Assembly: GCF_006345805.1 (NCBI RefSeq)
Contig: NC_043012.1
Location: 3,720,001 to 3,784,000, forward strand
DNA: 64,000 nt
Origin: Octopus sinensis
Taxonomy: Eukaryota
Direction: 5' to 3'
Shown: positions 36,920 through 51,330 of the stretch, one piece after another
Layout of the letters: each line of letters begins with the position of its first letter
How positions within the stretch are numbered: the first letter of the stretch is position 1
Translations under genes and position numbers: made by a program
The notes under the pieces: model-generated
What the model was told of the DNA's origin: nothing
Seen by the model: the letters and a program-made list of their open reading frames with translations, nothing else
The model's database searches: none

Positions 36920-38364
36920 CAAAATAATATATAGACAACTAGAGAGAATAAGTTGTTCTCAGCTGTATATAATGAAATTTGTACATCTGGGTTATATTAT
37001 TTTCAAAGATAAGGTTGAAGTCTTGGGGTGCTGTTTTAAGATAAAGAAACCATTTTCTATCAGAAATGGTAATGTAATCTTCTGCGGTTCATTTCTCACC
37101 TGCAGAGTAAAGAATGTGACAAATATGGTGCCTACTTCATTGCAAAATAATGATGATGATGATATTTTTTTTGCCCTATAATCACCAATGTTCCCAATTG
37201 TATGGCACCTTACCTGTTACCATCTTCAGATGTAAAAACCTCGTTGTTCCTTAACGTCCCTGGTTGAGACTTCGGTGCAACTTATGTAAATTAACACAAA
37301 TCTAAAGCATAATAATAACAATAACTTGACTGTGCAACTTTGAATATAGAGCAGACCAACCTTGTTTGCTTGATTGCTAACCTTTCATATAAACGGTTGG
37401 TTGTAAGAGAATGTCATATTATGATAAAAACTGTTTATAAATGTTTTGTGTGTTTTCTATACTCATACTGAAACCTGTCTACATAGGTTCAAATTAAACA
37501 AAAGATGCACGTTCATTTGATGCAATAAATATAATCAAAAGAATCCAGTACCGCCTGACTGGCCCTCATGCCGGTGGCACATTAAAGCACCCACTACACT
37601 CTCATAGTGGTTAGCATTAGGAAGGGTATCCAGCTGTAGAAACTTTGCCAGATCAAGATTGGAGCCTAGTGCAGCCATCTGGTTTGCCAGTCCTCACTCA
37701 AATCGTCCAACCCATGCTAGCAGGGAAAGCGGACATTAAACGATGATGATGATGACTGGCATGTTGAAAAGATGCTTTGCGGTATTCATTCCAGTTCTTT
37801 TTGCTCTGAGTTCAAATCCTTCCAAGGTCTGCTTTATTTCCTTCTGGGTTCAATAGAATGAAATTCCAGTCATGTACCAAGGGGGATTTAATCAACTACT
37901 TACTTATTCATTTTTACCTGTGGCAGCATTCATCCAGGGTGAGTTGAGCCAGCTCTGACCAACAAGTTCACCATGTCTTTCATGAATGCTAACCGCATCC
38001 GGTGGCTGGCCCAAACATTTCAGCAGGCAAAGTAATGCTTCTGCCTATGACCCCAAAATCCAGCTTGCAAGTTTGACAACTGCCCTATTGGAAGAGCAAG
38101 TGCGTCCGGTACTGCAGATTCCATAGCCATAGTCATCATTCATGGTCGAGGTGTAGAGATCATGTCTGGAGTGTCAGTGGGTAATATAAGTTCCCATGTG
38201 GTCCCCAGTCACATGCATTTAATCAACTACCCCCACCACTGCCTGTTTCTGGTTTCAATGTTAGAAATAACAATTAAAAGGAAAAAAATAAAAAACAAAC
38301 AAACAGGGATATGAATGAACATAAATTAGAACTTAGATTCACAATAATACATTCTTCTGATATG

Positions 38365-38885
38365 GATATTAATGGTGTGTGGCTGTGAGGTTGAGGAGCT
38401 TGCTTCCTAACCATCTTTAGTCTTTGGTTCAGTTCCACTCTGTTGCAACTTAAGCAAATGTCTCCCACTATAGCCTCAGGCCAACCAAAGCCTAATGAAT
38501 AGATTTAGTAGTTGGAATTGGAAACTGAAAGAAGTATGTGTATGTATGTATACATGCACATACTGTGTGGCACCTTGGGCAAGTGTCTTCTACTATAGCC
38601 ACGGGCCAACCAAAGCCTTTTGAGTGGATTTGGTAACCAGAAACTGAAAGAAGTCCATTGTATATATGTATATATATGTGTGTCTGTGTTTGTCCCCCCC
38701 AACATCGCTTGATAACCGATGCTGGTATGTTTACGTCCCCGTAACTTAGTGGTTCGGCAAAAGAGACTGATAGAATAAGTACTAGGCTTACAAAGAATAA
38801 AGTCCTGGGGTCGCTTTGCTTGACTAAAGGTGGTGCTCCAGCATGGCCACAGTCAAATGACTTTAACAAGTAAAATAGTAAAAGG
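38365..38885 (+). mobile_element. Nested or tandem SINE family A copies
   Basis: Partial head 38365-38530 followed by a second copy 38565-38885. Confidence 0.75.
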
Positions 38886-39634
38886 AGAGAGTATGCATGC
38901 ATGTATGTATGTATGTGTTTGCATGTATGTGTGTATGTATGTGTAATTGCATATGTGTTTTTTTAGTGAACTCTTGTGATAATCATAAACAAGCATTACT
39001 GTCACACAAGTGATGTCTGTTTCTAACCTTCTATGAAAAACATCTCAGGCCCTTAGGAAATATTTGCCTCACTTGGAAGCAGGTGAGGGTCGGCCACAGA
39101 GAAGGCATCTATTCGTCCATAGAAAATCAGTCTCAACAAATTCCATCTGATCCTTGTAAGCATGAATAAGTAAATGCTGAATAGTGATGAGGCTTGTGTG
39201 GGTGTAAAAGTGCATTATTTGATAAAAGTGTAAAAAAATTTAGTCTAAGAACCTAACTTCTTGGCAAAGAACATAAAATACTTTTTTAAATGATACCTAG
39301 TGATAAGATTATAATTTTTAGGCCTATGCAGATTTTATGTCTACCCTGATTTTATTGGGTTGTTCGTCAATCCTTATCAGGTGTTCTATAGGTATGTACT
39401 ATAGCACCATACTAGAGTTATAAGTGTCTCAGTTAAGAATATCATTACTGAAATGAAAATTTCTAATTTGAATCAAATCTGGGGGGCTCTGTACATATCC
39501 AGAAAAATAAAACACCAGATTGTATAGAAAACAGTGTAGATGTCATTATCATTTTCATTTTTTACGTTCACATTTCCATGATTCCTGTTACGAAATCTTA
39601 CCTGGTTCCAAGCAAGGTAATATTTCTCCAAGAT

Positions 39635-40290
39635 ACTCTCTTTACTCTTTTACTTGTTTCAGTCATTTGACTGCGGCCATGCTGGAGCACCGCCTTTAAT
39701 TGAGCAAATTGACCCCAGGACTTATTCTTTTGTAAGCCCAGTACTTATTTTATCGGTCTCTTTTGCCGAACCGCTAAGTAACGGGGACATAAACACACCA
39801 GCATCGTTTGTCAAGCAATGCTAGGAGGACAACACAGACACACAAACATATGCACACATACATATAAACATATATATACATATATACGACAGGCTTCTTT
39901 CAGTTTCCGTCTACCAAATCCACTCACAAGGCTTTGGTCGGCCCGAGGCTATAGTAGAAGACACTTGCCCAAGGTGCCACGCAGTGGGACTGAACCCGGA
40001 ACCATGTGGTTCGTAAGCAAGCTACTTACCACACAGCCGCTCCTACGCCTAAGATGAGAACATACTTTTCATAAAATATTGGAATTGAATTATATTCATT
40101 TATAACAATCATGTGATTTCAAGACAAGGAGACACAAACATACACTTCTCTTAGTTTCCATCTACCAAATCCACTCACAAGGCTTTGGTCAGCCCAGGCT
40201 AGAGTAGAAGACCCATGCTCAAGGTATCACACAGTGGGACTGAACCCAAAATCATATGGTTGGGAAGCAAACTCTCCTACCACACAGCCC
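39635..40290 (-). mobile_element. SINE family A (full copy 39635-40051 plus a partial copy ~40130-40290)
   Basis: Very close to the consensus of the other copies. Confidence 0.85.
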
Positions 40291-40724
40291 TATAAATATA
40301 CATTCTGAAGATGGTCATTGGTCTAGAAAATTGTAACCTTAATTAATAGCTAAATATCTTTGGCATTTAGACACCTGAGAATATATTAATTAACCATCTG
40401 TAATATTGTTTTCATAAGTATTTGTGTGTGTGGTTCCAGTTATTTGTGTTTACCTCAAAATGGTATCAGTTTTTAAAGATTACCAGTTTCCATAAGGAAA
40501 ACTTTTTTGTTTCTATTCTTTTTTGAAATATATATTTTTTATTGAAAGCAGAAATGTGATTTTAAAAAATTAACAGTAAAAAAAAAACTGTTTAGTTTTT
40601 AATTTAAAAAAAAAATGCTATTTATACACCAATGAAAAAGGCAGGTAATTCCAAAATCTATCAAGATCGTTTATTCATCTTGCTTTAAAATTGGATTTCT
40701 GTCAGCAGCTGCTTTATATCATTA

Positions 40725-40757
<33 letters not shown>

Positions 40758-41759
40758 CATCATCATCAGTGATGTTATTGTTGATTCTATCATCTTTTGG
40801 TTTTATGGTTTTTATTTATCTTTATTTATTATGAAACACCTGTCCTCTAATTTGTTATATCCAGGTTCTTGATAGTTATTGAACACCTGTCAACTGATTG
40901 AATTGATAAATAAATAAATAAATAAATAAATAAAATAAATAGTAAATAAATATGCCTGTAGTAAAACAAAAAACAAAAAAAAAGTATGCTCTGTACCAAA
41001 TCTATGCTATCAGATACATGTCATTGAGTGTTATCAAGTCAGCAGTGAATTTGGTAACTAAGAAAATGATGCCATCAGATATTGGTGTATCTTGTTTTGC
41101 TGTAAAAATATATTTCTGTAGTTCTAAATTTGTGGAAGGTAGATAAAATTAATTATGTATTTTATTCTGTTTTTTTTTTTTTTAAGATATTAGTCCAGCA
41201 TTTGGAAGTAATGTTTTTTTTTGTGTATGTGAACATATACATGTACGTGGACTCACATGCATACACACACAAATATGTGTATTTAGGCACAACTTACACA
41301 TTTAGAGACACATACATTTGCACAGGCATACATATATGTGTGTATATCATCATAATCCTCATTTAATGTCCACATTTACATGCTTGCATGAGTTGAGCAG
41401 GGTTTTTTGAGCCAGATATTCTACAGCCAGATGGCCTTCCTCTCACCATCCCTCACTTAGTTTCAAGATTAGAAATGAAGGACATCACTTGCAGGAGAAT
41501 GGTACTTGTTTACAACTACCACATGAAATTAAAGCAAAGAGACAGTCACACACACACACACACACATAGGTGTGCTTCTTTCACTGTCTGTCTATCAAAT
41601 CCACTCATGTCAGACTTTGGCTGACCTGGGCCTATAGAAGGCACTTGCCCAACATGCCACGCTGTGGGACTGAACCTGAACCTGACACCATGTGGTTAGG
41701 AAGCAAACTTCTTAACCACATAGCTATGCCTGCATCTGTTCCTGTATGTATGATACTTT

Positions 41760-42177
41760 CCTACTCTAGGATCAAGGCCCAAAAGTTTTGGAGAGGGAGC
41801 CAGTCGATTAGACCACCCCAACTAGTACTTAATTTATTGACCCTGAAACGCTGAAAGGCAAAGTTGACCTCAGTGGAATTTGAACTCAGAACATAAAGAC
41901 AGACAAAATGCTGCTAAGCATTTCACCCGGCGTGCTAATGTTTCTTATTTCTTTATTGCCCACAAGGGGCTAAACATAGGGGGGACAAACAAGGACAGAC
42001 AAAGGGATTAAGCTGATTAGATCGACCCCAGTGCATAACTGGTACTTAATTTATCGACCCCGAAAGGATGAAAGGCAAAGTCGACCTCGGCGGAATTTTA
42101 ACTCACAACGTAAAGACAGACGAAATATTGTTAAGCATTTCACCCGGTGATCTAACGTTTCTGCCAGCTTGCCTCCT
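41760..42177 (-). mobile_element. Two tandem SINE family B copies
   Basis: The core actggtacttaatttat..ccc..aaaggcaaagt.gacct occurs twice. Confidence 0.8.
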
Positions 42178-42420
42178 TCCTGCACGTATGATACTGACAT
42201 GCTTGTGTGTACCTATAGGAATGTGTAACTCAAGGTTTCAACACTTGTTGTCACTTGTCCAGCGTCTTGTGATCAAGCCTGGAACCTACTCTATCGGTTC
42301 CTTTTGCTGAGCTGCTAAGTTACTGGGATTTAAACAAACCAGCAGTGGTGGGGAACAAACATAAAGGACACACAAACATAGACAACAGATATTAAATGAT
42401 GATGATGATGGTGATGATGA

Positions 42421-42454
<34 letters not shown>

Positions 42455-42948
42455 GCACACACAAGGGGCTTCTTTCAGTTTCTGTCTACTAAATTCACTC
42501 ACAAGTCTTTGGTTGGCCCAGAGCTACAGTAGAAGACACTTGCTGCACCGAGAGACTGAACCCAGGACCATGTGGTTGGGATTTCTCTTCTAATATTTAT
42601 CCCTTTGATGATGCCAAGTGAAATAAATTGTCTGCTAGCTGGGTTTGAACTCGTGAACTTGAGATCCAGCACACTAATCATATAACCACCTTGTGGTGTT
42701 AGGAATACAAAACTGGGGGTGGGGGAGGAAAGAATATACATACATACATTTACATATTATCACTTGACCAATTAAGTAATGAATGAAGAAAATAAACAGA
42801 ATTTATGTACCTATTTTCTTAATTCTTCAAATTATGTGAATTTTTATCTTTCTGCAAATATTGTTGAATACTTGTGCAAACATTTGAGGCTTTGGAAAAT
42901 ATTTAATGTCTCCACTATTTCACTGCCAAGCTGATATGAAGAGATAAG

Positions 42949-43000
<52 letters not shown>

Positions 43001-43259
43001 TTCCTGCCTGAAATAGCATATGTCTATCATGTAAGTTTATCATTAGATGAAAACATTAAATTTTTTTTTTTTATATTTCATTTGTTAAAACAGGTTTCAT
43101 TTTATATATGTATGTATGTATGTATATATCTTATTTCTGTATGTGTACTTATAAGAATCTGATTGGGTACAGTGGTATAACTAATGTAATCTTTCTGGTG
43201 TTGTAAACTCCATAAAAAGGGCTCAGTCACTCTTTATCATATGTTCCTCACCCCTATAA

Positions 43260-43329
43260 ATACATGTATGTGTATGGGTGTATTACGTACATTATATATA
43301 TATATATATATACATATACACACACGCAC

Positions 43330-43360
<31 letters not shown>

Positions 43361-43382
43361 CTATACACACACACACACACAC

Positions 43383-43415
<33 letters not shown>

Positions 43416-43436
43416 CATATACACACACACACACAC

Positions 43437-43484
<48 letters not shown>

Positions 43485-43505
43485 CTGTATGTATGTATGT
43501 ATAAA
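43260..43505. repeat. Compound (TA)n/(CA)n/(TATG)n microsatellite
   Basis: Direct inspection. Confidence 0.9.
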
Positions 43506-44339
43506 ATGTGGTATGTACAGATAAGACAAGTTGCAGATGTTTGATAATAAAGGATTCAGCATGCAGTAACTGTAAAGTATGTTTTTCTGTTCTGTTATGT
43601 GTGTGTGTGATTCTGTGACCCACTCCAAAGACAACCAAGCCATCTAATCTAATGTATCACAATTTTTTTTTCTTGTGTAAGAGGATTAAACATCAGATTG
43701 CCGACTATCAAAGTATATATGTCAGCTCTCTAGTTAGTTTAGCATTGCACCACCAGTTCCATTTTCTCTCTCTCTCAGTTATATCCCCACTCTATCTCTT
43801 TTGCTCTCTCTCCCCCTCTCTCTGTGTTCCTCTTGCTCTCTCTCTCTGTCCCTCTCTCTCACACACACACACACCTATATTTACCCATCTTTGTTTCTCT
43901 CTCCCTCTCAGGCTTCTATCCAACCACAACTCTATCCAGGATGTCCTACTCATCTCATTCATCACAACTGTCTGGTTTCAGGTTCAGTCCCACTGAGTGG
44001 GCAAGAGTCCTCTACTACACCCTGGGTTTCACTAATGTTTAGTTAGAAAAACACTGTACAAATGTTCATTGTATATATGTGTGTGTGTTTCCACATGTAC
44101 TTGCATTGACACTGCTTAGGCAGCAGTGATGGAAGATGTGGAATAAAATACCTTTCTTGAAAAGTAAGGGTGGTCATCAAGACGGGTTCTAGCCATAGAA
44201 AATTATGCTAATCCATTTCAGCATGGAAAAAAATCAACATGAATTTAAAATGAAAAAAAAATGGGACACAAATCTCTCACCCTTTATCTTTAACCCATTG
44301 CTGTTGTCCAAACTCCATGCTATAGTCTAAATTCTTTTC

Positions 44340-44900
44340 TAAAATTCATCTCTGTCTTTCTACAGAATCCTTTTTCTCCATTGCATACCTGTAAGTTATC
44401 AATAAAACCTGCTGTTTCTAGCTCAAAATCTGGCCCCACCAACAATCACCTTATTTCCCTCATTTTCAAACAGTTCAAAGTTGGTTGAAACAGTTGTAAG
44501 CCACCCAGTTTTTTTATCACATTCACTTTCTTCGTCAAAAATGTTGTCCTTGACATCAGTGAAACCTTTGCCTGATGCTGACATAAAAACCACGTAAATT
44601 GTCCACCTACAGACACCATCCACCTTTCTTTGCTTACACCAGAAGTTCTTGTTCAACAGCTCCATCAGATGAATTGGTAAGAATTCTTATTGACTCTCCA
44701 CTTGCTATCTGGTATACCATGAAGGCTTCAGATATCTCTCACATTTTTCCTTTTATACATTACCTTCTCACTATAACCTCTAACCACACACATACTCATG
44801 CAGACAAAACCATCTTTCACTATTCCTTAACATTCAACAAAGGAGAATCAACCACATGTACCCTAAGCACTTATACTAGATTTGCATTGTGATATGATTC
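44340..44900 (-). mobile_element. Probable decayed LINE apurinic-endonuclease region (RTE-like)
   Basis: Minus-strand IYVVFMSASGKGFTDVKDNIFDE...NKVIVGGARF*AR loosely follows the VYAP..G..KD.F.D and VIxGDFNA motifs; many disruptions. Confidence 0.38.
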
Positions 44901-45107
44901 ACCTGAGTGTCCTCTGTTAAGCCTGTCTGTGGACATGTGTCTTGTGGTTATGACATTGGCCTAATATGGTGATATAAATTGGAATTACTTTAGAAGTTGG
45001 AATCACTTACCAGCTTCCTACACAGTAACCCTCTCAATGATTGTTTCAAGAAGACCTAACTGAAGGTTTTATGTTGGAATAAAGAAAACTTATTCTGGTT
45101 TCATGAA

Positions 45108-45425
45108 CATAGGCGTAGGAGTGGCTGTGTGGTAAGTAGCTTGCTTACCAACCACATGGTTCCGGGTTCAGTCCTACTGCGTGGCACCTTGGGCAAGTGT
45201 CTACTACCATAGCCTCAGGCTGACCAAAGCCTTGTGAGTGGATTTGGTAGATGGAAACTGAAAGAAGCCTGTCATATGTATGTATGTACATATATCTTTG
45301 TGTATCTGTGTTTGTCCCCCCAACATTGCTTGACAACTGATGCTGGTGTGTTTCTATCTGCTCGACTAAAGGCGGTGCTCCAGCAAGGCCACAGTCAAGT
45401 GACTGAAACAAATAAGAGTAAAGAG
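45108..45425 (+). mobile_element. SINE family A with an internal deletion
   Basis: Head and tail intact; the segment between ggtgtgttt and ctcgactaaagg is missing. Confidence 0.8.
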
Positions 45426-46854
45426 AGAGGACTTGAACACATCTTCCAATGGTCATATAACAGCCTGGTTTCCTTATATAACTCAAATATACATTAACTA
45501 CATACAACAAAGAAACAGTCTTACTCAACAGACTTCCTGTATATGAAAATCAATAAAAACCATTAAAAATCACTACTAATGTTAACCCTCTATACTCCCT
45601 AGGGGCCTTTTTTTTATTGTATTGGTACTGTCAACTTGACAGAGATGAGTATATGGCTATATGTTTTGCAGTAGTTTGGTTAGCTGAAGGGAAGATAGAG
45701 ACGGCTGTCTTTCTCAATATGGTTTTTGGTTAAATATGAACATAGAAGATAATTGATTCTTTGCCAATATCACAAAAAAGAAAAAAGAATTGACATTAAG
45801 ATGCAACATGGGTTAAAATATGTGGTGTGTTCTATTTTTTTTAGAATAGATACACTATATCCCAGTAGAAGGTTGGAAGGTGACTAAAAATGATGGTATC
45901 AAGAAGGGCATATGGCTAAAAAGAAATTGCTTCAAAACTTTTGTCTAACCCCATATGGAAAAGCAGACATAAAAATGATGATGATGGTATATTATGAGAT
46001 ATCAATGACGCCAATTTAATTTTACTAAATCCCACCAAACCTTTGAATTATTTAAAAAATTAATTGAAAAATAGTGTATTTCATTAGAAGAGATGAATTA
46101 AGATGTGGGATTAATTAAATTGTGAGATAAATTAAGATGGGTGGAGTTGAATTAAGATAGGAGTATTAAACCATGAGGTGAAATGCTTATAAAAATTACA
46201 TCACTTGATGAATGAGATGTAATAGTAACTCTCACCTGAGATAATGAAGAGGTAAAGCAAAATTGAAAGAAATATAGTTTTAAAAAATAATGATTAAAAA
46301 AATAGATAAAACTAAATATCTTTTCTAAAATTATTATTAATCAGTTTGGTGTAATCTTTTTTTTCCAATCCTGTTAATTAATTCCAGATCAATTCTAAAA
46401 TTAATATTAATTAGTTTGTAGCATTTGTTTCTAATTTTGTGAGTTAATTTCTAATGAGTTTTAGAATTAATATTCATCAGTTTCAAGTAATTTTTTCCAC
46501 TTCTGTAAGTTAATTACTGGTTCCTTTTGACTCTGTTATTTGCTCAATGAAATATTTTAAAGTTTTGTTGAAATTGCTTTTCCCTCCTTTTTTTTTTTGC
46601 ATTCTTCAGAAAATCTTTCTTCGATAGTGTCATTGTGTTTCATGGAGTACACTAGATTAATTTCAAATAGACATAAAACTGTAGTTTGTTGTGGGTTGTT
46701 GAAAAAGGTTTCTGACACTCATGCCATTCCCAATAGCAATGTAGTTGAGACTGAAATATAAGCAGCAAGTTGGTGGTTTTTTTTAGAGCATCAGACAATG
46801 CCTTGCCATTTTCTCTATTTCCCAAGTTGAAATTCTGAAAAGGGTTTGTGACCC

Positions 46855-47160
46855 TCATTGGTAGGTCTTGACAGAGACATTTATGTTGATTGGGACAGTC
46901 ATATCAATGAGGAGGTATGATTTTTGTCTGAAGTCTTTCAATGTCTGGCCTATTCACATCTATCTTTCTATCAGTTTTAATGGTGAAGTTCCAGAGGAGT
47001 GAGATGTGATCATTTTCAAGCACTGGAGGTGGTTTGTGTTCCCACCAGTTTTTATCATGAGACAGGTCCAGGTTTCTGCAAATATGCTGCTCTATCATGC
47101 CTGTTGAGATACTCTGTAGGTGCAAGAAAACTGCATGTGGAGACATGATCAATGGTTTCA
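46855..47160 (-). mobile_element. RLE-type (R4/Dong-like) non-LTR retrotransposon fragment: zinc knuckle plus restriction-like endonuclease
   Basis: ETIDHVSTCSFLAPTEYLNRHDR / ICRNLDLSHDKNWWEHKPPPVLENDHISLLWNFTIKTDRKIDVNRPDI / DFRQKSYLLIDMTVP, with frameshifts. Confidence 0.78.
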
Positions 47161-48036
47161 TTTTGTTATTTACATCCACGACATTATTATTATTATTGTA
47201 TTATAAAACTGATACTGTTGTTTTCACTGTGTCTTACTCTCAATTCTCTTCTCTCTCTCTTTATTCTGTTTTAGTTAAAACTGGGTAACAGTGAAACCCA
47301 GCCTAATATCACCACTGCCACCACTTATTCCTTTGGTACCTTTAAATTCATTCTATTGCAAATATTCAGACCAGACTCCACCTCAGTTCCTTCTCTGTCT
47401 AGTGTCTTCTTGCACGCCAAGTATCATTCACATAAGTCTTACCATTTGTGTGGGGGTTTTAAAAGTCATAGGTACTGTCTCTTTTTACCTGATTAAATAA
47501 TTGTACTTTATAACTGTGACCCAGTATCAAATTCCTCATGTTCAAATGTCTTCTTTTCTGAATAAAATGTAAATCTCTTAGATGACAGGGTGAATGGGAG
47601 AATAATGACATTTCAGCTTTCCAGCTGCAACCATACATCCTGTTGCTTTTGTTGTTGTTTTTTTATCTTCATCCACAATATATCTAGGACAACATTATCC
47701 AACAAGGATTTTTTTTTTAAAGATTTTTCTTCCTAAAACTAGTAAGGGATTAAACCTTTTTTTAAAAATTATTTTTGTATTCTGGGGGCACGTGATTCAA
47801 GAGAGATTTAGCTACTCTTTAACACCTTAGCATTTAATCTGGCCATACCCTGCCTAAATGTTCAACTGACCAGATCCAACCTCTCACACCTACCCTACAA
47901 TGTCATTCTAAAATAGACAAACACATCATTAAAATCTTGAAGCTATAAGATAAAGCATAATTAATTCAAAACAACACGAATTAACTAGCATTCAGATTTC
48001 TTTGTCAAATGTGCTACTGAAAGATTCCATCATGGC

Positions 48037-48076
<40 letters not shown>

Positions 48077-48324
48077 TGTAATCAAACTATCAGGAAATAT
48101 TCCTTATATGAAACTGATGATGATTTTATTCATACTTACTTTCATATGTTTGGTTTCAGCCCCACCCTTATCAACTCAGTTGATCAACACCCCTAATGGT
48201 GGCAACAAGCAAAACTCAGTTACAGATGAGACTATCATTTCATTTTTTGACAGGTCTGCAGCACCACATCCGTATAGTCATCTCGATCCTATATAATAAT
48301 AATAATAAAATATAAGTAATAATA

Positions 48325-48560
48325 GTAATAATGAAATTATTGTATACAGTGCTCAGGTGCACCACAACTTGTCAAAGTGCATATAAAGCTATGGCAGTAA
48401 TGTACAAATGTCTGGAAAGTGAACAGTGTATGATCAGATGCATGCTTGCGTGTGTATGGAGGGGAGAAAATCAGGTATAGTGTTGTGAATCTCAGGAAGC
48501 ATGGAAGTTTTGAAGGATGCAGTGCTCCAACAACTAACAACTGATACTGGCTATCATTTG
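48325..48560 (-). mobile_element. CR1/L2-clade LINE 3' end
   Basis: Minus-strand PVSVVSCWSTASFKTSMLPEI resembles the CR1 ORF2 C-terminus (LP..VV....FK..L), followed by a 3'UTR ending in (ATT)n. Confidence 0.55.
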
Positions 48561-49769
48561 GCTTTTTTGCATCTAATCTCATCACCACTTCATCTTTCTT
48601 TCATCCCCTTCCACCATCATTCCAGACAGCTGAGCTAATAAGGGAGCCTCTACATGGTCACTAAATCTGCTAAGAATAGCAGTCAAATCTCACTCAGATC
48701 ATACTTTACTGTCTTGAAAAAAAGCAGATCTACAAAAATATACAAATAATATAGGACAGAAGTTTTCTTCCCAACCACATGATTCTGAGTTCAGTCCCAC
48801 TGCATGGCCCCTTAGGCAAATGTGTTTTGCTATAGCCCTGGGCTACTGAAAGTCTTGTAAGTGAATTTGACCGATGGAAACTGAAAGAAGCTTATATATA
48901 ATGCTGGCATGAAAGGTGGATTTTAAACGATAACAATAATGATGATGATGACATATATATATATATATATATCAATCAAGGTGGTGCCCCAGCATGGCCA
49001 CTGTCTGACTGAAACAGGTAAAAGATAAATGTGTGTGTGTGTGTGTGTGTATCTTTGTATTTGTCTCCTACTATCACTTAACAACTGGTGTTGTTTTGTT
49101 TACATCCTTGTAACTTAACTGTAACAAGGATATAAAAAGACCAATAAGTGCCAGGCTTAACTAAACTCTTGAAGGTGGTGCTCCAGCATGGCCACAGCCC
49201 ATTGACTGAAACAAGTAAAATATAAGATTCTTTTCCTTTCGTTAACCTGTTTATTTGTATTATACTCCAAAACAACCATCTCTGTCTTAACACACTGGCA
49301 AATACCTCTGATGCTCAGCAGCCTCTCTGCCTTAACCTAGGTTATGAAGTCTTTCACATAAATTAAGTTTAAAACCAACAGACAACACCTAGCTAACTCG
49401 TTTGCGGATGTTCTGTTTAACAATATAAAATATATTATAATTTATAAGTCGTTTCTGGTGGAGAATGTTCTGTTCTGTTAATAAATATTTATTAATAAAA
49501 GCAAAAAACAGGTGATGTCATAATATATTTGCTCTGATTCATGACTTAAATGGACGAAGTATTGTATTTTCTTATTTGAATTTCTTATTTGAGGGAGTGG
49601 CTGCTATTTCTAGTGGATTGATCAGCCATGGACAAGTTATCTCTACGTAGTTCCCTTACATGATCATTCAGTTTATTTGAAATAGCAGCTAAATTTTCCT
49701 AATTACCAGAAAAATGATGCCATTTTACCAGAATGTTTCTTAAGAATTAGCAAGTGAAATATTCCTGAG

Positions 49770-49812
<43 letters not shown>

Positions 49813-50273
49813 CCAATTCTTTGAAAGAGACTTAATGTGTAAGAAAGAAATTAATAACTATATTTTTTTTCTTCTTTCCTTTCATGTCATGTCTGTTTTA
49901 TGTTACATTATTAATTTCAAAGCATGCATCTTTGTATAAAGAAATTCTTTCCCACCAACTGTGCACATGGTAACATTCTACCATTCCTTGTGTAAGCAAA
50001 AAGAAAGAAAGAAAGAAAGAAATTAAGTCATGGCTTATTACCTCTCTCTAAAGACAGCAAAGATGTTCTGTGTGTGTGTGTGTTTCATTTTCTCTTTCTT
50101 AGAACATACTCTCGTTAGTTATATAGCTGGAAGTTGAATTGTTCCTCCATGTAATTCCTTACCGACAGACGGACAGACAGACAGATAGACAGACACATGC
50201 AATTAAAGGTTTTTAAGTAAGCGATATTGGAAGTTAATGTGTGAAAGTTCAGGTTCTTCTATTGATTTTCATA

Positions 50274-50290
50274 ATGCAGGAGAGAAAAGC
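50274..50290 (+). CDS. Candidate proximal alternative first coding exon of Homer (MQERKA|)
   Basis: ataATG CAG GAG AGA AAA GC|gtgagt: strong donor, phase 2, in frame with exon 56206. It lies in a ~1.2 kb SINE-free island with CT, GAAA, CA and CAGA repeats like the distal promoter island. Confidence 0.38.
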
Positions 50291-50704
50291 GTGAGTTTTT
50301 GAATGATGTGGTGTATGTAGAAGGCAACTTTCCAATTAGCCAATTCTTCAGCATGATTTCAATTCTTAGCTTCAGCTATTTTCTTTTCGTCACTCCACAA
50401 CGCTTGCATTGCCAAAGGTATCTGCATCACGGCTCCCATTTTCTTTTCCCCCTCAAAGCATAAAAATGCTTACATTTTCATGCTTTCAAAAAATAATTGA
50501 AGTCCATTCTATTAGAAACTGTTTTGGTTCTTTTTTTCTCCCCCAAGAACTGTAACAATGGAAACGTTTTCTTTAAGAATACATCATCATCATTTCACCT
50601 CCGCTATCCAGGCTGACATGGATTTGATCAGTTGCTCTGGTCATTCACCATATTTAAAGGTACTGCTCACCTACGTGGACCAGAGGACCATATTGTGCTC
50701 ATTT

Positions 50705-51112
50705 GTTTCATGTGTATGTATGCATGTGTGTATGTATGCATTTGTGTGTGTATGTATGCATGTGTGTGTGTATATGTATGTGTCTATGTATGCATGTGTG
50801 TGTGTATATATATGTATGCGTGTGTGTATATATATGTATGCATGCGTGTGTGTGTATATATATGTATGCATGTGTGTGTGTATATATGTATGTATGCATG
50901 TGTGTGTGTATATATGTATGTATGCATGTTTGTGTGTATATATGTATGTATGCATGTTTGTGTGTGTATGTATGCATGTGTGTGTGTATATATATATATA
51001 TATGCATGTGTGTATGTATGTGTGCAAATGTATGTGTGTATGCATATATGTGTATGCGTCTCTGTATGTGAGTGTGTGTAAACGTGTGTGTATGTATATG
51101 TGCTTGTATGTA
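50705..51112. repeat. Compound TG/TA/TATG/TGCA microsatellite with a semi-regular higher-order period
   Basis: Repeated atgcatgtgtgtgtgtatatatgt-like units. Confidence 0.9.
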
Positions 51113-51330
51113 TAAATCTTTGTTGATTCACCAGAAGTGATAGATTACAGGACTCAATGCAAGTGTAGAATATTTTGTAAAACATAATAAATAAAAGACT
51201 GCAATTCCCAGTACTCCGAGTTGCTCATTTCTGATCAACTGGCGAACCAAGCCTGGGTTTCTATTGATTATTTACTAAAAAAATATTTTTTTGAAATATG
51301 AAATGAAAGTTTAAAAACTTCATTCAAAAA

